DNA of 64,000 nucleotides from Amoeboaphelidium protococcarum X5 (Eukaryota > Fungi > Aphelidiomycota), in the NCBI GenBank assembly GCA_023515725.1, contig JALDTO010000251.1, forward strand, positions 248,001-312,000, in the 5' to 3' direction. Positions 50,821-64,000 of this stretch are shown piece by piece (the first letter of the stretch is position 1; the number at the start of each line of letters is the position of its first letter). Both the position numbers and the translations under genes were made by a program. A model generated the notes under the pieces. That model made no database searches. It was not told where the DNA came from and saw nothing but the letters and a program-made list of their open reading frames with translations.

Positions 50821-52251
50821 TCACTTTTTCTACTATTGATTCATGAGTTTATCAACATACTTGAGCAGGAAACTGTCACAGCCATAATCGGCAATCAACT
50901 GTGCGGATTTCCAAGAATCTTGACGGAGAGGTACACATATCGACGGACGCCCCGCAAGGCTAGCTGGAGTTGTAAATACGTCATTCAGATACTCATCTAC
51001 ACTTGCGGATGACGTCTACAACGATGAGGAGGTGCGATTACCACCGTTCACGTTCTCAATTAAGGGAGGATCACCTATGCTCACTGGAGTGAGTAATACA
51101 TCCACCTTTTTGAATGCTTCCGAATAATCATGCGCAATCAGTCGCCTCACCTTCATAGCATTCATGTAAAAGTCGTGATGTTCTGCTGAGCTAGTCACAT
51201 AGTTCCCCAGTAGTATTCTCCGCTGAACTTGACTTCCAAAATACGTTGATCTAGTCTCAGCAATCTCAGCCTAATACTACATATCCAGTTTATGTGTTCT
51301 CTCACCAAATCTTATACCGTCATACCGTGCTAGATTGCTAGCAGCCTCAGAACTAGCTATGGTGTAATAAGTAGACAGAGCATACTTTGTATGAGGCAAT
51401 GTTATGGGTACAAGATTCAAATTTAATTCTTCAACATCGTGCAAAAATTGCTCATAATCAACTTCAGACGGGAAGTACTCAATAGGTATACCAACTTTAA
51501 TAACGGAGGCATTATTATCTGTGTCAACTTCTTACTGATTAAGACGAGAACATAGAAGATCACACTTTTATTTCAAAAGCAATCTGCTTTCAACCGTTAA
51601 TGAAGTAGGATCTTAAGAATCGTAGACATTCATTACATTGAATGCACGGTCGATAGTGCTGATATCTCTAGCGAAAATGCCAACAGTGTCCAGCGATGAC
51701 GCGTACGTGATCAGTCCCCAACGCGAGAGCATACCATAAGACGGTTTGAATCCATAGACACGACAATAAGCAGCAGGTAATCGCGTTGATCCGCCAGTAT
51801 CTGTCCCAAGTGCAAAGTCACACTGTTCAGTACTTACCACCACAGCAGATCCACTACTTGAGCCACCAGCGACCCGCCTTTGATCATGAGGATTGAGGAC
51901 GGGTGGGCTAACACTATTCAAACCGTACGAACCCATTCCAAACTCGTCCATACTTGTCTTTCCGGTGCATATCGCGCCGTTCGCCTTGAGCAGCTTTATC
52001 ACTGTAGATTCAGTCTCAGAGGGTGGATTGTAATTTGAGAGAAACCGAGAATCTGCACCAGACGGGAACTCTGGCGTGCAAAATGAATCTTTCGCCATGA
52101 ATGTCATTCCTTTCAGTGGTAGGCTATCATCATCCAGGCCGTGTTATATTTGTGATAATACATCGGAACGCGACTTACTATGCAGGACAGCATTAAGCGA
52201 CCTATACCGCGATATCGATTCAAGTTATTTTGAGATTTTCTACATCATCAT
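50821..52251 (-). CDS. QRSL1: Mitochondrial Glu-tRNA(Gln) amidotransferase subunit A (amidase signature)
   Basis: [64 protein letters not shown]. Confidence 0.92.
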
Positions 52252-53857
52252 CTATAGGCGAATATAACTTCAAAGCGAGTAAAAGTCGATTGATCGCTGC
52301 TGTCAAAAACCAGTTTGAACTTGCTGAGTGTATATTTTGATATACAAAATTATCAAATTGAATCATTATATTAATCATTGGGCTTGCTGAGACTATGTAT
52401 TAGAACTTCTGGCAGTACTCGCTACTAAACTATTAAGAGTTACTACTTAAGATGACGCAGGAGAGTCTTCAATTTCAACCCATCCTTAAATCTCGGCTCG
52501 ACAAGCTACGCACTGTGTGACGCGAGATTATTGTTACTACACTTCGAAAAATCCATCATCAGTTCTTTACGCGACTTGTGACTGAGGAACTTTAAAGCAA
52601 TCTAGACACATGCAATTATGTCTGCAAGGAAGTGTGATTATTCTGGCATAGTCTGAAAGACAGACGACGCATTGAGGCAAGTTTTGAGAAGTTGCTTTGT
52701 TTTCAAGAGACTATAGCGATTTCATAGATTAAGATGATGATATGAATATGTCTTCCAATAGCAGCCATTGTTCAGTCTCATTATCCTATATAAGCATTTA
52801 CTCGTGTTGTAAATTGAAATGGACATCATTGATTGAAGCACTTCTCCGCCGTTCTCCATGATCCGCGTCTTGTCGCAACTGCCCTTGAGCAATAAAGACC
52901 ATCCTAAATCGAGTGTCATTTACAATGCTTAATTCTATGAGACTTGTTACGGATGAATTCTTATCAACTTTCTATTATTATATTGGAATACTTATATCAT
53001 TGACTCCTTGTTTTAGTTGAACTTTGCTTGAGCTTTAGGATCTAATTTACTACAACTCAACTTACTCTGGACGATTGTCTGATGACTTTTAAATGTCCAG
53101 ATTATTACCATTAGAGTTGCTATTTTACTACTCTATGAGAATCTTTTCAAACTCTTTCAGCGTGATATCGTGATGGAATACATATTCAATCTCACAATCT
53201 TAAACAGATTGGCATTGCAGTTGTACATGATAACACTATTCCGGATCATCTCCAATAGCTTTAATCTAAAATGTATTCTTCGCCACCACGAAAGGACATT
53301 ACAGAGACGGGCAGCTTAATGACGGTATCGGAATGGAAGATTTTCTCATAGAATTCAAATGAAATGCTGACAACTGCTTGAAATACTAGTACGGCAAAGA
53401 TATTCCAGATATCAGATCACTCTCAAACTATAATGTAGTATACTTGTTACGGAGATAGAGCCTCTCAGCAAAGTTAATGTGACGATTATCCACCAACTTT
53501 CGATATACCATCATTATCAGAAATGTGACTATCAGCGATGAGATAAACTAAGTCCAGCTACTACTATTCATATCAGACCAGAGAACGTCATTCCAATTAT
53601 ACTTTGAACTCGCCATATTGAGTGTTAGTAGAGGTATCGTGAATATTGTTTCACAAGAAGCGTATCTTTGAAGAACTGTTCTTTTCGCTGCCCGTCAATG
53701 AGCGATTTATTTCTAGAGCGTTCCTTTCCAACAATGTTAACGCAATTAAAATTGTGTCAAGAGAGCAATGTGGTTTCAAACGGAAGGGGGATATAGAGAT
53801 ATCGTCATGTAATGGAGTCAACGCCGTCAGTAGAATTGTATCAATTAGCTGAAAGAA

Positions 53858-55481
53858 ATGAGCGTAGAGGATTAGAGAAATTATGTCATGTTATAGAGTC
53901 AACAACAACAGGATAACCGTTTGAAACAAATGGAGTCTATGACTGAGCAAGAAAGGAGCAAGAACTGACATTGTGAAACACGAACAAATGCTTTAAGACG
54001 CAATTAGATGTTAAGTAGCATGACGGAAGAAGAGATTACACAGTTAAAATAGAACCGAAATGAGGCAGAAAAGTAGAGTGGATTGCAGAAGAGACTTGAT
54101 GCGGAACGTATTGATACAACATTTTTAGCAGATGGTGATTTAGAGAAGAAATTGAACTCTTTCAAGAAGCTGGATCCGATCGGTTGTTTCAAGATTCTGA
54201 ATGAGGGGCGTAATTATATCATTCATCTGGCAGACGATAGATTTACCTGTATCTGCTGTGGTGTGACAGGATATGATTGGATTAAGTAAGTTTTGAACAA
54301 ATTAGTCGTCTAGTCGCTGCAAGTCTCAACATCGCGTCAGATTTAATTCACTGATAGTTCAAGAAAGGCAGTTAATTACATTCAAGGGACTTTACCGAAA
54401 TCTTTGCAAGATAAAATTTTGAATCCGCATGGGATATCTCCCTGATTCCAGACAAATGGTAATTTGTTAATCGTGTTAAAAGAGTCTTTGTAAGAAATAG
54501 TGACCATCTCAGAGTCTTGCCAACGGTAATTTGATTTGACGGGGCCATGAATGTCTTAAACAGATTACTTATATTGAAAGATTGTGCATTGCGTTGGTTC
54601 GTCCTCGATGCGCTGTCTTCCGATTATACCGGTAATCTGTTCTGGGTAAAACCAGTGCTGGATTGCAGCGTGCTCTACGCGGGAATTTGTGTTCGTTCCT
54701 TTAGGATGTTAAAAAAGCAATGACAGTAGCTGAAGTAATTCCACTTCCGTGTAAGGATTTGAGTGATTTTTTCTATGTTTATTTGGTTGGCTCAAATGTT
54801 CCTGATCATATTACCCGGAAGAACTTACCTTAATTGCTCCATGTGCGCCGGGCTGTGATTGATCAGAGACGCGTTAGTTTCCAGACAAGCATCACGTTAG
54901 AATGGCGTCACGTTTTTGACCAGTCTGAGCGCTCCTAACGTCTACTACACCAGAAGGTACAAATTGTCAAGACAACCTGTGCTCTGGACGTTGATCCTTC
55001 GTCTGTAAAAGTAAAAATCCATCCACGGACAGAAGTGGTAGATTTGAGTGGTCAGGAAGATGTCGCAGTACACGCCAAGGTGATCATTTGTTGGCAGTGT
55101 GTCAAGTGAAGAGCATACTAATGCCTGACAGAAAGCTAAATGGCCAAGCCCTGCATGAGACTATATTTGCAAGTTAAATAATCATAACCAAGCGCGGAGA
55201 AATGCCAAGCGTATTGCCACAACCACCTCCAGACGTCGAAATTGCACCAGCACCGACAAAAAGACTTAAATTTATACATTGACTGATTATTACCGAAATA
55301 AGAGTCGCTGATACTGAGCTGAAAATGCCTTGTAATAAATTCGATGAATATGGTGCATAAATATTTGAATGATTTAAAATATTTCACGTTATGTGCAATG
55401 CAAAACGACATTATGGTCAATGTCACTGCATAAATTCCAACTAAGAAAACACACGGTTCTGGACGGGCCGCATCTGACTAG
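53858..55481 (+). mobile_element. Degenerate Helitron remnant (DUF6570-like) with candidate 3' terminus
   Basis: CICCG; ICQSCQKSL...SLANG; LKQITYIERLCIALVRP...QRALRGNLCSFLQD...DLSDFFYVYLVG...LLHVRR. Hairpin CGGTTC-TGGAC-GGGCCG then CTAG|T at 55478-55482. 5' end not located. Confidence 0.68.
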
Positions 55482-56381
55482 TCGCACAGGCTTTAATAAT
55501 TAATAAAAAAAAAGTTTATATTGATTTAAATTAGGGGCATATTGTAATCAATTAACAAATGTGTTACTTAAATGAAAATCTGCTAGTAATGTGCCACCTG
55601 TGAACAGTCACCTCCATTCAACAATGTCGTCTTAGTGACAGATGGATTATCGTGGAGTGTCTCATGAGTCTGTTACAAGCTATCTGGAGGCAACGGAATA
55701 AGTCCAGCAAATGGAGTGAAATATGTGCACAGATCAGAGAGTTAAAACTGTCTAAGTCAAATTCCACAGTCGATCCTAGAGTAAGAATAAGGAATGAAGA
55801 GTGTACTGCTGACGATAGTACAGGGAAGAGAAGAAGACTGAACTCATCGCAGATCTCGGTGGTCATCACTAGATAATCAGACCGAATAGTGAACGGCAGG
55901 ACTGGCATCACGCTTAGATTTAAACGTAAGTACAATGATGAGCAAAATGTCGAGGTGCAAGAAGTGGGTGGCAAGAGAAGGAAAATGAACGTGGTTTGAA
56001 GCAAGTTGGATGCGAAAGAGAGCTATCCAGGTTCCGGTTCGCGAAAGTGGATTGTGCTTACTGATTTAATCAAGAAGATCTTTAGATGCTTCTTCCTGCA
56101 AGGGCGGCTGATGGGAGCTCACCCAGAGTACTCAGACGGACAATCAGTCTTTTGACATAGCTACAAATAAAAAATTTAAATTTATTCAACAATGTCGTCG
56201 TTGTTTGACGATTTCACCTCGGACGATCGTTGACAAAGTGAAACAACCAACAACAACTCTCATCATTAACAGCCGCCGCCCCTTATTCCTTCTTATTCGC
56301 AGCTTTATTATTCACCTGGGACTTTATTGTTGGTTTTTTGTACTGTGTCTAGTGGAATATAAAATATTTACTGTAACAATA

Positions 56382-56831
56382 ATGCCTGTATCAGAAGATC
56401 AAGTTAACGAGTATAAGGAAGCTTTCAGTCTGTTCGACAAGAAGGGAAATGGTACTATTGAAGCTGGCAGTCTGGGAGATTTACTGCGCTCTCTGAACCA
56501 GAATCCAACTCAGAGCCGTTTGAATGAACTGGTGCAACAGTTTGGCGGCGATAAGGCCTCATTGGTAAACTTTGATCAGTTCCTAGCTCTGGTCACCAGT
56601 GGAGAGGAATTCAAGCCATCCGGTACTTTGGAGGAGTTTATTTCCGCCTTCCAAGTGTTTGACAAGGAGAGTAACGGATCCATCAGCAGTGGTGAGTTGC
56701 GTTATGTTCTGACATCCCTCGGTGAGAAGTTGAGCGATGCTGAGGTTGATGAATTGCTGAAATGTGTTGAAGTTGACAAGAGTGGATTTGTGAATTATGA
56801 AACCTTTTGCAAGACCATTTTGGGTGCTTGA
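56382..56831 (+). CDS. MLC1: Myosin essential light chain (Mlc1/Cdc4-like EF-hand protein)
   Basis: [54 protein letters not shown]. Confidence 0.9.
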   Translation: MPVSEDQVNEYKEAFSLFDKKGNGTIEAGSLGDLLRSLNQNPTQSRLNELVQQFGGDKASLVNFDQFLALVTSGEEFKPSGTLEEFISAFQVFDKESNGSISSGELRYVLTSLGEKLSDAEVDELLKCVEVDKSGFVNYETFCKTILGA

Positions 56832-57003
56832 TTTGATTTGACTACTGGAATATATATACTTGTTGTTTGTATGTCATGTTTTGATATTTTATTTCATTTC
56901 AAGATGGCTATTTTATTCAAAACAATATACTAACCACTATAGAGTATTGAATAGATACTATCTTTGAACCAATTACATTACAGTACTCTATGCACGGTAG
57001 AGA

Positions 57004-57936
57004 TCACAAAATATTTAGAAATCTAGTCTCTTTCACCACCCATTACTGGTCAGAATGCATCGGATCGCGTGAACCATGTAAGGTGATAACCATCAGATTT
57101 CCATCTTTGAGTGAACCTGGATTAAGGATACTGATATTACCAATTTACTATCTACCAATACCATAATGAGTGTGACCATGAATGTTCAAACAGACTGTTG
57201 ATTGAATATACGAGTGCATTATGTGTTAATTCAAGGCAAATGAACCAGAGTTGATGCGCGAATTCTAATCTAGAGGTTACCGATTAATGTCAGTGGTGCT
57301 AGCATAAGCTGGTCCACAATGAGTCATTAGAATAGTATTTCTTCCACCATGGCCATTTTAGTGCGACATTTGCAATTGTTATTAACTTAACAAAGATCCC
57401 AAATCACTGCTCATCCACTCTTCAGGGTGATGATGAAATTTGTATGGATACCCATCCCATTCAAAGTAATTGAAATCATGATACTTGTATCCAGGCGTAG
57501 ATCCTCCGAGTCCAGCTATATACAGAGACACATCTTTGCAATGTGGTGGTGTGATATCAAGTACTCTTTTATGAACATTGACAACATTCTTGAAATGATG
57601 ACCACCACGCGTTGAATTTACTTAATTATTACCATTACTGCACACTCTAAACGCAGACTCAACATCATGATTACCAGGAATCCAATAGAATTTAATGTCA
57701 TTGACGCATAGATGTTCATCTATATACTCTAGCATTGAATGGAGCTGAGTTTCATGCTAGTCAATCTCGCGTTGGCTAATGTTTACTTTATCATGGTATA
57801 CGTTCCCCAAATCTCCTGGACATAAAATCATGTCATACTTCAACTTGTTATCCAGAATAAACTCCTTCAATCGCTGAAGATTCTACATGGAGAAGTGTAT
57901 ATCAGAAATGACTAGTATTGAGATTGGAATCGCCAT
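57004..57936 (-). CDS. Calcineurin-like metallophosphoesterase
   Basis: ISDIH, PGDLG, IPGNHD, THCGP, IHGHTH, LNPGSL motifs. One frame under TAR=Gln. Confidence 0.88.
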
Positions 57937-59125
57937 TTCTAAATAGCATTTGACTAAATGATAAGCGCGAGATTAACTGATCTGCCAAAGTGAAAACCAG
58001 ATTGAACTTGTTTGGACCTGTCTGATCTTTAAACACGATTATGTTGATATCAAGTTTCCATTTTGATCATTAAGAAGCTGATGATTAATTGGAAGACTTT
58101 TTGTTATGAGACAGCTGACTATAAAGTTGAAAGTAGTAGACCAAATGTAAATTGCAATGGTTGCTTTAATGAAGTACGTTTTAGCTGCAAGGTGCCAAGT
58201 CGAGGCATACAGGTCTGAGATCAGTAACTCGAGAGTGAGCTGTTGTAGTGCATAAAAGGTTGGTTTGGCGTGTAAACCTTCTATTTTCGGAAGGAATTGT
58301 GATTGTGAATAGCTTTTTAATATAATGAGTAATAATAATACGTCTCTTTCGGATGTCCCTATGAATCCTTGCGCTACAGGTCATATCTGACGATTGGCGG
58401 TTGATTACGAATTGTATCATCTCTATGAGTTCACTGTTGCATAAGTATTGACTTGGTTGGTATATCCAAGTGTAAGTCTCTGCTTGATTGATATAAAAGG
58501 CGTAAACTGACATATATTTTAATTTTAAATAAAAGTGCGTGTGATTAATGTGATTAGCGTGAATTATGAGTGAACACAATAATATTGCTTCTACATCGCC
58601 TGTCTGAGTGACTGCATCCCCAATGAAACTGTAACAATACTCGTTTCCTAGATCCTGAATATGCTTCTTTCTAACAGCTGCCACAACATTGGACTCATAA
58701 AGTGGCAAACAAGGATGAGGATAAAAGGTTGATTAAGAATACAGCCATCAAACTGTTCCCAGGTGGTCACCCTTATCAAGATGCTTTCGCTGAGCTGTGC
58801 GCGGTGTTTACTGCAAAGGACGGTTATTGTTTTGCATTCAAGTCACGGGTCCAGGATCCAACGCGTCACTTTTGGTAATCGAATTTATAATGTAGTGATT
58901 AAAATAAAAATCTATGTGCGCGAACTACAATGTTCACCTGATGTTATTGTTGAACTTATCAATCTTCGACTAACAGTTATCAATCACCTCTGGTATGCGA
59001 GTGCGGTGAAAATTGAACATATGTTGATGATCTAACAGATAAACTGAATGTAAATCGAAAGTAGATTCTTCCATTAAAACTATAAGAGCAACTGGAACTT
59101 GATATAAGTTAAGTAAATGAAATAA

Positions 59126-61963
<2,838 letters not shown>

Positions 61964-62399
61964 CCTTACAAACACTTCTAAAATTCAATATAATCAATTC
62001 TTCTTTCAACGTTAAAACGAAGTGCCGTAGACTATGATACTAAATGGATATATAGATGAGCAATCGATAATTCTGCCGACCTGTGCTCTGTAATGTCTCT
62101 CTCCTCTGAGCGAAAGAACAAAAAAAATTCTTAGAAAACATTCTACAGAAAAGAGCCAAGCGAGCGTCGCCCTTTCAGTCAGTCAGTTGTTCAAACCATC
62201 TGCTTCTTCTTCTCCTCGTTAGAACAGTGAGCGATCGTTGTTTCTCTCATTCAGCGGCGTTGTTGTTGTTGGTGCCTCTTGAAACTTGTCCCTTCTCTCT
62301 TATAGTTTTATTAGCGTTCTTACCTCTTAAGTTCCTACCAACTGCTTATTTCTCGCTGTATTCTTTACGCTAGTTTAAGCAACCTGAATAAGACTCAAA

Positions 62400-63362
62400 A
62401 TGGCGATTGTTGATACTGTAACTTCAAAGGCACCGGGGGAGCGAAAGCCCATCTCATTCAGTAACTTGGCGCTAGGTGCCGGGTTGAATATATTTGAAAT
62501 CTCTACTCTGGGTCAGCCGTTCGAAGTGCTCAAAACTTATATGGCCGCAAATAGGGGCATCTCTATGGTGGAATCTATGAAGTAGGTTTACAGTCGTGGT
62601 GGTGTTGTCGGTTTCTACCAAGGCCTGATTCCGTGGGCATGGGTGGAAGCAAGTACTAAGGGCGCAGTGTTGCTCTTCACTGCCAGCGAGATGGAGTATA
62701 TATTCTCATCCAAGTTTAAGTTCAGTCCTGGAACTGCTGGCATTCTCGCCGGATGTTGTGGTGGTATTGCATAGGCGTATACTACCATGGGCTTTTGTAC
62801 GTTCATGAAGACGGTGGAGATTACCCGTCACAAGAGTCCGCCTGGTACCGCGGATGTTGGCTCCATCCAGATCGCAAGGGATATTCTGAGGCGGGAAGGT
62901 ATCCGCGGTATCAACAAGGGTGTCAATGCCGTCGCTCTGAGACAATGTACCAACTGGGGTAGTCGTCTCGGTCTGTCGAGAATTGCTGAGAACACCATCA
63001 GGTCGCTGAGAGGTGACAGTGAAGATGAGATTAGAATGAAGAAGGCGCTCACTCCAGGGCAGAAGATTTTGGCTTCCACCATTGGAGGAGGTTTATCCTG
63101 TTGGAATCAGCCGATCGAGGTGATCCGAGTTGAGATGTAGTCTCAGGTGGCAACAGAAGGTCGCCCTAAGAAGATGACTATTGCTAATGCTGCCAAATGG
63201 ATATATCAGAATAATGGCTTGAAAGGATTCTTCAGAGGCGCAGTTCCAAGAGTTGGACTAGGTGCTTGGTAGACAACCTGTATGGTTGCATTAGGTGACA
63301 CTCTGAAAGAGAAGGTGGAACACTGGAAAAAGTCTAAGATTGTTGCCCCTATTAAAAAGTGA
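62400..63362 (+). CDS. YHM2: Mitochondrial citrate/oxoglutarate carrier
   Basis: [68 protein letters not shown]. Confidence 0.95.
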
Positions 63363-64000
63363 TTTACTACACTATTTTCGTCGATAAAGATCTTGTTATA
63401 TATTGTCCAATTTAACAATTATTGCCTTATGAAGCGTGTTGGGTTTGAAGTTGGTCAGATAGATCTTCTACTTTTATTTATACCGAATAAAACTAATGTT
63501 ACCAGCGCTAAACTGAGCTTTGATGAGACTTCTTCAGGAAATGCCAAGACTTTTTCGGTCAGACGCGCCACACTGTTCCTCGCTCGTTTCACTTGACCAA
63601 ATTCATCTCTTACTTCCTCGTGTTCCTAGTAGAGAGTTGTCATCAGTCCAAGTGTTCATTTCTGTAAAGACGCTCCAGACGTGGCTTGACTTCAAGAAGA
63701 GAAAGAGAGATTTGATTCATTCACGAACTCTTCTTCACCTAAAACTTCGTGTTGTTGAAGCTATTGATTTTGCACTTTACATTTGACCTTCTGAAGTTAA
63801 AGTCTTGGCTGTTATTAAATTAGTTTCAAGGATTGTCACACTAAGATTTGTAAAGTTCTGTAGTGGTAATAATGTCTGAGAATAGTTTGGACGCGAGAGA
63901 TAGTACGGCTGATCTGCTGGCGACTGGCTCATAATAAAGTGCGTCTGTTGGATGGAGGCCTTTGGAGCAATTGTCCTCGTCAACGTAGAATTTGAATATG

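Noticed and set aside
58000-59100. Short ORFs between the phosphoesterase and Doa4 genes
   Set aside because: No consistent frame or motif under either code.
63393-64000. ORFs at the window end
   Set aside because: All frames hit TGA quickly and show no recognisable homology; cannot be called without the flanking sequence.

Overview
Gene-dense, intron-poor eukaryotic (fungal-like/holomycotan) nuclear DNA using a reassigned genetic code: TAA and TAG are read as Gln and TGA is the only stop. This is why the supplied standard-code ORF track is fragmented. The code plus fungal-type genes would fit an aphelid such as Amoeboaphelidium (inference only). Re-reading with TAR=Gln gives about 20 intact genes: PPR protein, two secreted low-complexity proteins, OST3/6, divergent G-alpha, Rqc1/TCF25, VAP/Scs2, TMEM19, formin, RPC31, MTR4, exportin-5/Msn5, AIM24, ECM29, GatA/QRSL1, myosin light chain, metallophosphoesterase, Doa4/USP8 and YHM2. 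The standout is a young, intact Ty3/gypsy LTR retrotransposon adapted to the host code. It (i) sits 28 bp upstream of a tRNA-Lys(CTT) gene as ATGGA-LTR-internal-LTR-ATGGA-LTR-ATGGA, next to an older inverted solo LTR, which suggests repeated tRNA-targeted integration; (ii) has gag and pol in one frame separated by a single UGA-CUA readthrough-type stop; (iii) has no tRNA primer site but a Tf1-like self-complementary one; (iv) has TG...AA termini. The two long MTR4 introns each host a C/D snoRNA with readable rRNA guides. Helitron (DUF6570-like), hAT, copia and gypsy remnants and a Vsr/DUF559-like endonuclease relic are also present. All translations and family calls were made by eye, without database searches.
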